Shown here: positions 57,086-64,000 of the stretch, piece by piece | Position numbering within the stretch: position 1 is the first letter of the stretch | Layout: each line of letters opens with the position of its first letter | Source of the DNA: an uncultured Pseudomonadales bacterium | GTDB lineage: Bacteria > Patescibacteriota > Microgenomatia > UBA1400 > PJMF01 | Length of the DNA: 64,000 bases | Direction: 5' to 3' | Assembly (NCBI GenBank): GCA_964625685.1 | Contig: CAZVBO010000003.1 | Location: forward strand, 298 to 64,297 | The notes under the pieces: model-generated | What the model saw: the letters and a program-made list of their open reading frames with translations, nothing else | What the model was told of the DNA's origin: nothing | Databases searched by the model: none | Position numbers and translations under genes: made by a program

Positions 57086-57439
57086 ATGAAGAAGTACCTA
57101 TTGCTCACTTTCCTAGCTTTGCTATCAATCCTTGTTTTTCGACAGCTCCATTCTTTTTCTGGGGAAAAAGGTGCCCCTCCTTACGTCGTAGAGGATTTAC
57201 AGCCACCCAGTGATACTGATGATGATTGGCTGACCAATTGGACCCGACCAGATAGCCCACCCAAAGTAGGCTTACAAGTGGGACACTGGCAAAATGATCA
57301 AGTTCCTCCTGAGTTAGAAAGACTGAAAGGCAACACTGGTGCCAGTGGCGGTGGCAAAGCGGAATGGGAAGTAAATCTGGCCATTGCTAAAGAAACAGCA
57401 ACTCTTTTAGAAAAACAATCAAGGTTAACAATAATGTGA
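57086..57439 (+). pseudogene. N-acetylmuramoyl-L-alanine amidase (Amidase_3-like) N-terminal fragment, truncated after ~115 aa
   Basis: Signal peptide, then KVGLQVGHWQ...GASGGGKAEWEVNLAIAKETATLLEKQ, which resembles the Amidase_3 N-terminal core. The frame ends before the catalytic remainder, and the downstream sequence is occupied by an opposite-strand gene fragment. Confidence 0.45.
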
Positions 57440-58013
57440 GTAATGCCTGCCAGCCTAAATCAACTGTTTTGGTGATAGCCGGGTGAGGTATTTTGAAAAA
57501 AGTATCCCTGATCGAGTAGTCAGGATACGGAACAAATGAGTAAAGTTTGTCAACCGGTATTTGCCGGCTGTAAAAATCAGTTAAAAACAAGCGGCTGATG
57601 GTGAAAAAGGTGGTCAGTTGAATCAAAAAATCGGTAACATAAAAAAGAACTGGTCTGCTGCCCAAGCGGAATTGATGTTTAATTTGCTGCCTTTGCAGTG
57701 TCTCATCAGGTAGCTTATTGATGTCTTTCTGAAATTCATCTATATTATCCGACCTCATGACTCATCCGTAGCGGAATCAAAAGAATTGTCTGAAATACAC
57801 CCAGCAGAATTACCTAGATCCACATTTTTTAGTCAGAGCGTAGAACAAAAACAGTGCGCTGGCATAAAATGTATACATTCCGGCTGATAGAAATGCATAC
57901 GCCAGCCAAATCATGACCAAAATGACCAGAATACTGGATAAGGGCAAAATGCCCGTCAGACCACTGAGCCTGTTGTCTTTGGAAACTAGATGTTTATCAG
58001 TCTCTGTTACCAC
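57387..58013 (-). pseudogene. fragmented paralog of the YidC-like gene at 44368-45516 (two ORF pieces, 57810-58013 and 57387-57758)
   Basis: 57810-58013 aligns to the N-terminus (LPLSSILVILVMIWLAYAFLSAGMYTFYASALFLFYALT vs LPLTSVVSIAIIIFLVYAFFSGMLFRFYASALFTFYALT). 57387-57758 aligns to the middle (FLFYVTDFLIQLTTFFTISRLFLTDFY vs FLFYIVDFMIQLATFLTIGRLFLTDFY). The frame is broken between the two pieces. Confidence 0.65.
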
Positions 58014-58037
58014 AACTTGTTTTTCGGCTTTTAGTTT

Positions 58038-58307
58038 TTATAAAATTCCGCCACCACCACCGCTACTACCGCTGCCAATTTTCTTCCCCCAGTCTTTGCA
58101 GTAATAGAACTCATCTTTCTCCATGGTGTCAGCGGTCAGCAATTTGTCGTGTTTGACTTCATCGTCTTTCTCTTTGTTTTCAGCACAATCGGCACAAAAA
58201 TAATCGTAGTCAACTTCATAACCTAAGATTTTATCCTTTGTATTACTACGTTTTACTTTCGCTAAAGAGCAGCTATGGAATTCCTGATAAAAGTGATCAC
58301 ATAACCT
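58038..58307 (-). pseudogene. start-less ORF remnant encoding a CxxC...C zinc-ribbon-like segment and Gly-rich tail
   Basis: Hand translation: ...YEVDYDYFCADCAENKEKDDEVKHDKLLTADTMEKDEFYYCKDWGKKIGSGSSGGGGGIL*. There is no in-frame start upstream before a stop at 58308-58310. Overlaps the plsC 3' end. Confidence 0.3.
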
Positions 58308-58939
58308 CTAGTCTCCAGCGGAGCCGAACTAAATTCAGACCTTCTGAAGTCGATTCCCTCTCCGATATGAACCGAAACAGGCTTTCTTTTATGCTCCCTA
58401 AAAAATTTAGGAAATGTAGCGCCTTTTGGCATCACATCTTCCAAACCGGTCAGCCTCACCGGGAAAACTGGATAACCGTAGTCTGATTGTTTGATTATCC
58501 ATTCAAGGCCCCTCATAAATTGTCTCTGCTCTACCGGAATATCGCCACTTCCTCTGGTACCTTCAGGATAAACGGCTACCACTTTTCCCGATTTCAGTAA
58601 ATCAATAACACCGGAAAGGTTTTCCCTTATTTCTGATACTGAACCGTTTCTTGTCAGAGGATACGTTCCGGCAAACATATGAGATATCCATTTTCTGGGT
58701 CCCTGCCAATAATCAGCGCCCGCGAGGAAAACCAGCCTCTTGCGAATATTTTCGGGTACAGCTTTTCTGACAACCAGTGAATCAAGATGTCCGCTATGAG
58801 GAGCTATCGCCAGTATCGCACCGGACAGATCAATTGTTTTAAGTACCTCCGCACCCTGAATACGCAAATCTAGCAAATCTGTGACCTTGCCCAGTCTGTC
58901 TCTCATTCCTTCGCCAGAGAAAAAATGTTCCTTATTCAT
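58262..58939 (-). CDS. plsC: 1-acyl-sn-glycerol-3-phosphate acyltransferase (lysophospholipid acyltransferase, PlsC family)
   Basis: HxxxxD motif (APHSGHLDS), the VYPEGTRG motif, and the FPVR region. Confidence 0.75.
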   Translation of the reverse strand: MNKEHFFSGEGMRDRLGKVTDLLDLRIQGAEVLKTIDLSGAILAIAPHSGHLDSLVVRKAVPENIRKRLVFLAGADYWQGPRKWISHMFAGTYPLTRNGSVSEIRENLSGVIDLLKSGKVVAVYPEGTRGSGDIPVEQRQFMRGLEWIIKQSDYGYPVFPVRLTGLEDVMPKGATFPKFFREHKRKPVSVHIGEGIDFRRSEFSSAPLETRGYVITFIRNSIAAL

Positions 58940-60149
58940 GTCTTAAAGCTTCAATGGGGGATAATTCACTGGCTTTTTTTGCCGGTGTCACCCCGAAGAT
59001 AATTCCTACTCCTGCCGAAACAGCAAAAGCCAAAACTATTGACCACCAGGCTATAGAAACCGGCATCAAATAACCGATCAAAAGAGCGCCACCTGATCCG
59101 ACTAAAATGCCAATTAGCCCGCCGCCAACAGAAAGAATTGTGGCCTCAAGGAGAAACTGCGTGAGAATAACTTCCGGTTTAGCTCCAAGGGCTTTACGTA
59201 ACCCAATTTCCTGAGTTCTTTCGGTAACGGAAACCAGCATGATATTCATAATGCCTATTCCACCTACCAGAAGCGAAATAGCCGCTATTCCTCCCAACGC
59301 AACAGTTAGTGTGTTTAAAATGCCTGAAACAGTAGAAAGAATCTCCTTCTGATCGAGTACGGTATAGTCTTCCTGATCCAGTCTCTTGTTCATCACTTCT
59401 TCAGTCATGGCTACGGCGGATGACACTTCTTCTGAAGATGTTGCCTGGGCAAAAATAATTCCCAAGTTATCCTGGTTAAACTGCCGTTGAGCCACCGTAA
59501 TAGGCACGTAAACCTTATCATCAGGACTCATGCTACCCTGACCACCGGCTTCAGCCATGACCCCGATCACCGTATACCGGTATTCACCAAGTTTAAATTT
59601 TTCCCCGACAACATAGGGGCTACCAAAGACTTCATCGGCGATTTTATAGCCGATAACTGCCACTTTACGTCCGGAGTTAACATCAGCCTCGGTAAAGAAA
59701 CTTCCGGATTCAAAGTCGCTACTTCTTACTTTTGTGTAGTCGGCGGTAGTACCGAGAACCTGAGCCATCTGGGATTCACTCTGATAGCGGATGGGAGCAG
59801 AGCCCATAACCAAACCAACAGCCTCTTCAATATAAGGTACCTGTTCTTTTATAGCTTGAAGGTCATCAAGTTCCAGCTTTGAGGCTGAAATGGCGGCAAA
59901 ACTACTTGACAACGCCCCTCCGCCCGCTCCGAGGTTATCCAACTCGATTTCTCCCGGCATTACCATAACTAAGTTAGACCCCATGTCCTGCATCTGGTCA
60001 GTAATGTAATCTTTCAGGCCTGATCCTACGGAAACCAACAGGATAACTGAAGCTACACCGATAATGACACCCAGCGATGTTAAAAGAGAGCGGCTTTTAT
60101 TCGCTTTAATGGCACGGATGGCAACTTTTAATAATGATTTAAATGGCAT
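58932..60149 (-). CDS. ABC transporter permease, FtsX/MacB-like
   Basis: N-terminal TM, a large periplasmic domain and a C-terminal FtsX four-helix region (MacB_PCD plus FtsX architecture). Confidence 0.8.
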   Translation of the reverse strand: MPFKSLLKVAIRAIKANKSRSLLTSLGVIIGVASVILLVSVGSGLKDYITDQMQDMGSNLVMVMPGEIELDNLGAGGGALSSSFAAISASKLELDDLQAIKEQVPYIEEAVGLVMGSAPIRYQSESQMAQVLGTTADYTKVRSSDFESGSFFTEADVNSGRKVAVIGYKIADEVFGSPYVVGEKFKLGEYRYTVIGVMAEAGGQGSMSPDDKVYVPITVAQRQFNQDNLGIIFAQATSSEEVSSAVAMTEEVMNKRLDQEDYTVLDQKEILSTVSGILNTLTVALGGIAAISLLVGGIGIMNIMLVSVTERTQEIGLRKALGAKPEVILTQFLLEATILSVGGGLIGILVGSGGALLIGYLMPVSIAWWSIVLAFAVSAGVGIIFGVTPAKKASELSPIEALRHE

Positions 60150-60160
60150 ATGGTTAATTC

Positions 60161-60844
60161 TTATGTAACTATTTTTCCGTCCTTAATCATAATTTTTCTA
60201 TCTGCTTGATTAGCAACGGAGTCGTCGTGAGTCACCAGGACAATTGTTTTTCCATGTTTGTGTAAATTCTTGAAGATTGTCATGATTTCTTTACCTGATT
60301 TTGAATCAAGATTGCCGGTTGGTTCATCCCCTAAAATGATCGGGGCATCCGTAACCAAGGCCCGGGCAATCGCTACCCGCTGTTGTTGGCCGCCGGACAA
60401 CTGATTGGGATGGTGATCCATACGTTCGCCCAGTCCAACCATTTCCAGAGCAGCCTTGGATTTCTCGATGGCATGTTCTTCAGAGGTATGGTTATACATA
60501 AGCGGCATCGAGACGTTTTCCAGCGCTGTAGTCCGGGGTAATAAGTTAAATGCCTGAAAGACAAAACCGATCTTTTGGTTCCTGACTTCCGAGAGATCCC
60601 TTTCCTCGAGTTTACTGATATCGTGACCGTCGAGGATAATCCGGCCATCAGTCGGCACATCCAGACATCCAATCAGGTGCATGAGAGTAGATTTCCCTGA
60701 GCCTGACGGGCCGATGATGGAAACAAATTCACCCTGGTTAATTTTCAGGGACACATTGTCCAAAGCCCTGACGGAAAGCCCTCCCATCTGGTAAACCTTG
60801 GAAACATTGTCCACTACAAGTAAAGGGTTGCCTTTGTTTGTCAT
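60161..60844 (-). CDS. ABC transporter ATP-binding protein (MacB/LolD-type)
   Basis: Walker [10 protein letters not shown], signature [15 protein letters not shown] and Walker [12 protein letters not shown]. Confidence 0.85.
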   Translation of the reverse strand: MTNKGNPLLVVDNVSKVYQMGGLSVRALDNVSLKINQGEFVSIIGPSGSGKSTLMHLIGCLDVPTDGRIILDGHDISKLEERDLSEVRNQKIGFVFQAFNLLPRTTALENVSMPLMYNHTSEEHAIEKSKAALEMVGLGERMDHHPNQLSGGQQQRVAIARALVTDAPIILGDEPTGNLDSKSGKEIMTIFKNLHKHGKTIVLVTHDDSVANQADRKIMIKDGKIVT

Positions 60845-61947
60845 TTTGTACTGCCATTGTTTTTAATTAAAACTAGTTCCTGATTTTCCCCGACACCCGA
60901 AATAATCTCTGTTTGGGAAATCGTAGAAAGTCCGGTAGTAACTTCTTTCATCACCGGTTTGTTGTTTTCCAGGATATAGACATATGTTTTGCCTTCTTTT
61001 GTCAGAATGAATTCTCTGGGAACAGATAGGGCATTTTCCTTTTGCTCGATAACAAAATCAGCTTCACCTGATAAACCTACGACCAGGCGGTCGTCCGGGG
61101 TGGCAAGAGTAACTTCAATAGGAATGGTTACGCCGCCACTGATGTTTTTAACCCCTTCCTTATTGATAAAACTGACAGTTCCTTCAAAAGTCTCATCGGG
61201 AAAAGCATCGAGGATGATATTTACTTTTTGTCCGGGGTGAATTTTGCCGTAGTCAACCTCATCCACCAGGGCAACAAACTGTAAAGTTGATAAGTCGGCA
61301 ATCTTGATAAATTTCGTCCCCAGGTTAGTTGCTGTCAGGTTTTCTCCTGCAACTAAGCCTCCGGTACTGATGACTGTTCCTTCAATAGGCGATATTAAAA
61401 CCGCATCCCGGGCAGCCAAATCAGCAATCTCCACATCAAGTACCGATTTATCCAGGCCGAATTGTGATTTCTCCAGAATCCGCTTCTCTTCTTCGGTTAA
61501 AACAACCTCCGTCAATTGTCTCCCGTTAATATCATAATTATCCTGCGTCTGCTCAAAATCCCATCTGGTGGTTTGGTAGTCAAGCAATTTTTTCCTCAGA
61601 TTTTTTTCAAGAGTTCTTTTATCCAGAGATGCAACCGATTGCCATTTTTTTACCTGATCACCTTTTTCAACCCCCAACCATACTACTTTGCTGGGTGTAT
61701 TAAACCTAAGCTCAGCATATTGTTTGGCCTGCAGCTCTCCGGATGCATTGACCGACTCGGTGATATCCTGGCGTTTGACAGTAGTCGTGTGCCAATCCTC
61801 CTGATTATTGCGGGACGCAATGGCAAACATACCCAGACCGATAACCACAACTACCAATATCAGCCACTTGGCCTTGATTAATCGACCGAAAATAGTTTGT
61901 TTTATTGAGCTTTTTGACATAGTTAGAATCCTAAATTTTTTTAACAA
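60841..61947 (-). CDS. efflux transporter periplasmic adaptor subunit (HlyD/MacA-like membrane fusion protein)
   Basis: N-terminal TM, coiled-coil hairpin, beta-barrel/lipoyl-like segments. The 4-nt overlap with the ATPase gene suggests an operon. The alternative start at 61918-61920 would avoid overlap with tetR. Confidence 0.75.
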   Translation of the reverse strand: MLKKFRILTMSKSSIKQTIFGRLIKAKWLILVVVVIGLGMFAIASRNNQEDWHTTTVKRQDITESVNASGELQAKQYAELRFNTPSKVVWLGVEKGDQVKKWQSVASLDKRTLEKNLRKKLLDYQTTRWDFEQTQDNYDINGRQLTEVVLTEEEKRILEKSQFGLDKSVLDVEIADLAARDAVLISPIEGTVISTGGLVAGENLTATNLGTKFIKIADLSTLQFVALVDEVDYGKIHPGQKVNIILDAFPDETFEGTVSFINKEGVKNISGGVTIPIEVTLATPDDRLVVGLSGEADFVIEQKENALSVPREFILTKEGKTYVYILENNKPVMKEVTTGLSTISQTEIISGVGENQELVLIKNNGSTK

Positions 61948-62497
61948 GTAAATCGGACAAATCCTGAGCCATCTGCTTTGTGTCTTCTCCCTGGCTACGG
62001 TAAAAAGGCGACAATGTCACGCTAATAATGGATGTGGCTATGGTAAAAATTGTTTTATAAGTAATTTTTCTGGTAATATTCAGACCTTCCACCAGTAGGC
62101 GGACAAACTTAATTAATTCCTGTCTGAGATCCGTAATAACTGTTAAAATAGGAATTTTTTCATCACTGCCTGAACTTATGGTCGCCAGTAACGAAATTTC
62201 AGGATGTCTAATTTTGAAGTCGAGAAAGGTTTTTATGATGTTAAAAAAAACATCCGAAGGCAATATACTTGTATCTACTGCTTGTTTCAGTTCCTTTTTT
62301 AGTTCCTGTACAGCGTTGCGGAGCAATATTTCTGCCAGTTCATCCTTGCTTTTGTAGTGGTAGTAAAGAGCTGCTTTAGTGATGCCAATCTCATTGGCAA
62401 TATCCTGCATAGATACGCCAAAATATCCGCGCTGTGAAAAAAGTTCACCCGCAACCTTGAGAATCTGCTGTTTAGTGTTTGTGTTGCCTTTAGTCAT
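61931..62497 (-). CDS. TetR/AcrR family transcriptional regulator
   Basis: N-terminal HTH ILKVAGELFSQRGYFGVSMQDIANEIGITKAALYYHYKSKDEL. Confidence 0.8.
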   Translation of the reverse strand: MTKGNTNTKQQILKVAGELFSQRGYFGVSMQDIANEIGITKAALYYHYKSKDELAEILLRNAVQELKKELKQAVDTSILPSDVFFNIIKTFLDFKIRHPEISLLATISSGSDEKIPILTVITDLRQELIKFVRLLVEGLNITRKITYKTIFTIATSIISVTLSPFYRSQGEDTKQMAQDLSDLLVKKI

Positions 62498-62765
62498 AAA
62501 TGACTCTGCGTACTAACCGTTCGGTAAGTATAGACGTACATATGTTTTTTGTCAACTTAATTGGTTCCTTTCACGTTTTGCCTACAGTGCTACCAATGCT
62601 ACCAGCACCAGATAGCATTCAATCCTTCTGGACCCTGCAAACATGGTAAGACTGGCAACAAAAAGCCCCATCCATAAGATGAGGCCTTCATTAGCGTTTT
62701 TATAAAAATAACTTGCTATTACAGTCCAACACTGTCAGCACCGTAAGCAGCTTGTTCAGTGGTGA

Positions 62766-63101
62766 ATTACTAGCGACTACTATGAACAAAAACGAAAAGA
62801 GTACCGAGACAAACAAAGCGAGGTGTTAGCCAAAATCAAGCAACTGCAACGGAAAGACGAAAGTTTCTATTTGACGACGGCATATCTGGTAGAGCTGGCC
62901 TCACGAGGCCCACAGCTATTTGAAAGTTCCGAACCAGCAGAAAAACGGCAAATTTTGCAAATTGTACTTCGGAACTTACGCTTAAAAGGCGAAAAAATAC
63001 GATATGACCTGCTATTTCCCTTTGATGTTATCGTAAAATACGCAAGTCGTTCAACTTGGCTCCCCCTGTGGGACTGTATCCGAACTATAGAAATTCAATA
63101 A
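62766..63101 (+). pseudogene. C-terminal remnant (~110 aa) of a large serine recombinase
   Basis: ...YYEQKRKEYRDKQSEVLAKIKQLQRKDESFYLTTAYLVELASRGPQLFESSEPAEKRQILQIVLRNLRLKGEKIRYDLLFPFDVIV matches the coiled-coil/C-terminal tail of large serine recombinases. The in-frame stop at 62763-62765 leaves no catalytic domain. The ORF track starts it at a GTG at 62823. Confidence 0.5.
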
Positions 63102-63362
63102 TCATTCTTGAATGTCAGAAAAGTTGCCTTTTTGCAATTCTTTGGAACCCCTTGTTACTGTTGCAACACCAACTCCTAACTTATCTGCAATCTCTCTTTG
63201 GGCGATACCTTGCTTCAACATTTTCACAATTTGCAAACGGGTTGGAATTTCAGCAAGTTCTTTTGGAGTTAGGATTGCTTCAAAAAATGTGCGCAAGGCA
63301 CTTTTATCCTTATAGGAAAGTACCTGGCTGATAAACTCGTTTAATTGTTCTTCTTCAGTCAT
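63102..63362 (-). CDS. TrpR-like YerC/YecD family DNA-binding protein
   Basis: ALRTFFEAILTPKELAEIPTRLQIVKMLKQGIAQREIADKLGVGVATVTRGSKEL is the YerC/YecD signature. Confidence 0.8.
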   Translation of the reverse strand: MTEEEQLNEFISQVLSYKDKSALRTFFEAILTPKELAEIPTRLQIVKMLKQGIAQREIADKLGVGVATVTRGSKELQKGNFSDIQE

Positions 63363-63383
63363 AGTTATTAGTATATCAATAAA

Positions 63384-63980
63384 CTAGTCTACAGATACCA
63401 TAAAACCTGAGGCATAATTATAATTGATAGCTTGATTCAGTGCGACTTCACCAAAATCCTGTGATTTTTGACGATAAAAAATATCAAGATACCTCATGAA
63501 AAATCCGTGTGTGATAACTAGAGCAGTATCTGCTTGATTTTCTTTCAATACTCTATCTAGTTTTTGAATTCTTTGTGCCACTTTTTTACCTGATTCAATA
63601 TTAGTATCATCAACTAAAGCCTTGAATAACCTTTTTCTTATAATTGATAGCTTTTCATTGTCATACTCTTTTTCTGTCACTAGCTTAGAAGGGTCAAACA
63701 CTATTTCATTTAGCTCCTGTAATTTAATTACAGGAGGAAGACTAATTGTTTTTGATAATTCAGCTGCTGTATCTGATGTTCTTTGTGATTCACTCACATA
63801 AAGCACATCATATTTTTCTAGAAGATAATCCTCTCCGCTCATCCCAACATTTATCTTAGATCCATTCACTGATGGATCTATTTCTTGCTTAGCAAGTTGA
63901 GACAATTCGTGCAGAGAAAGCTCATTATAATTATCAAACGGCTCTAATAGTGGTCCATGTCTCAAGAATGTTATTTTCAT
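63384..63980 (-). CDS. histidine phosphatase family protein (phosphoglycerate-mutase-like)
   Basis: N-terminal ITFLRHGP (RHG catalytic motif) and a downstream ITHGFFMR His motif. Confidence 0.6.
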   Translation of the reverse strand: MKITFLRHGPLLEPFDNYNELSLHELSQLAKQEIDPSVNGSKINVGMSGEDYLLEKYDVLYVSESQRTSDTAAELSKTISLPPVIKLQELNEIVFDPSKLVTEKEYDNEKLSIIRKRLFKALVDDTNIESGKKVAQRIQKLDRVLKENQADTALVITHGFFMRYLDIFYRQKSQDFGEVALNQAINYNYASGFMVSVD

Positions 63981-64000
63981 CTCGTTCCGTTCATTCTAGT

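Noticed and set aside
57086-57439. Treating 57086-57439 as an intact small lipoprotein gene.
   Set aside because: The sequence matches only the N-terminal third of an Amidase_3 domain and stops where the catalytic region should continue. The downstream DNA is occupied by an opposite-strand gene fragment.

Overview
This 64 kb window is chromosomal sequence from a low-GC (about 40%), gene-dense bacterium. The standard genetic code applies; TGA is used only as a stop codon. The gene content suggests a reduced-genome, Gram-positive-like or Patescibacteria-like organism, though lineage cannot be proven from sequence alone. Supporting features are a short 637-aa AlaRS, a sortase, an LCP protein, a YidC-like insertase, a DsbA, pyruvate formate-lyase with an ADP-forming acetyl-CoA synthetase, and GH13 sugar enzymes. 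Housekeeping genes include the murD 3' end, alaS, rodZ-like, yqeY, lemA and a TPM protein, dsbA-like, prmC, a P-type ATPase, mutS-mutL, cobW-family GTPase, acs(ADP), pflA and pflB, gpsA-glpK, typA, zur and zupT, a two-component system, LCP, a heterodimeric ABC exporter, a GH13 pair, an SDR, an Asp racemase, plsC and a MacAB-like efflux operon with a TetR regulator. Accessory content is: (i) an AbiEii-like toxin module, then a giant beta-helix surface protein, an XRE regulator and a Bro-N/DinD-like gene (26.9-31.4 kb); (ii) a minus-strand cassette of a small protein, a terminal-repeat protein, a secreted Cys-rich triple-repeat protein, a phosphodiester glycosidase and a GT39 glycosyltransferase (52.4-57.0 kb), which I interpret as a candidate surface-protein O-glycosylation system; (iii) a gene-decay hotspot with a truncated amidase, a fragmented YidC paralog and an ORF remnant (57.0-58.3 kb); (iv) a large serine recombinase C-terminal remnant beside a slightly GC-richer plsC/MacAB/TetR block. 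Non-coding structure is rich. A family of REP-like hairpin repeats (GTCATYCC...GGRATC, resembling the VIPAKAGIQ-type palindrome) occurs as three inverted pairs in intergenic regions. An 18-bp perfect palindrome is present both intergenically and inserted in-frame inside pflB. TTTGG/CCAAA-rich intergenic elements are dispersed across three sites. A perfect 10-1-10 palindrome sits in the divergent zur/zupT promoter. No rRNA, tRNA or CRISPR array was recognised.
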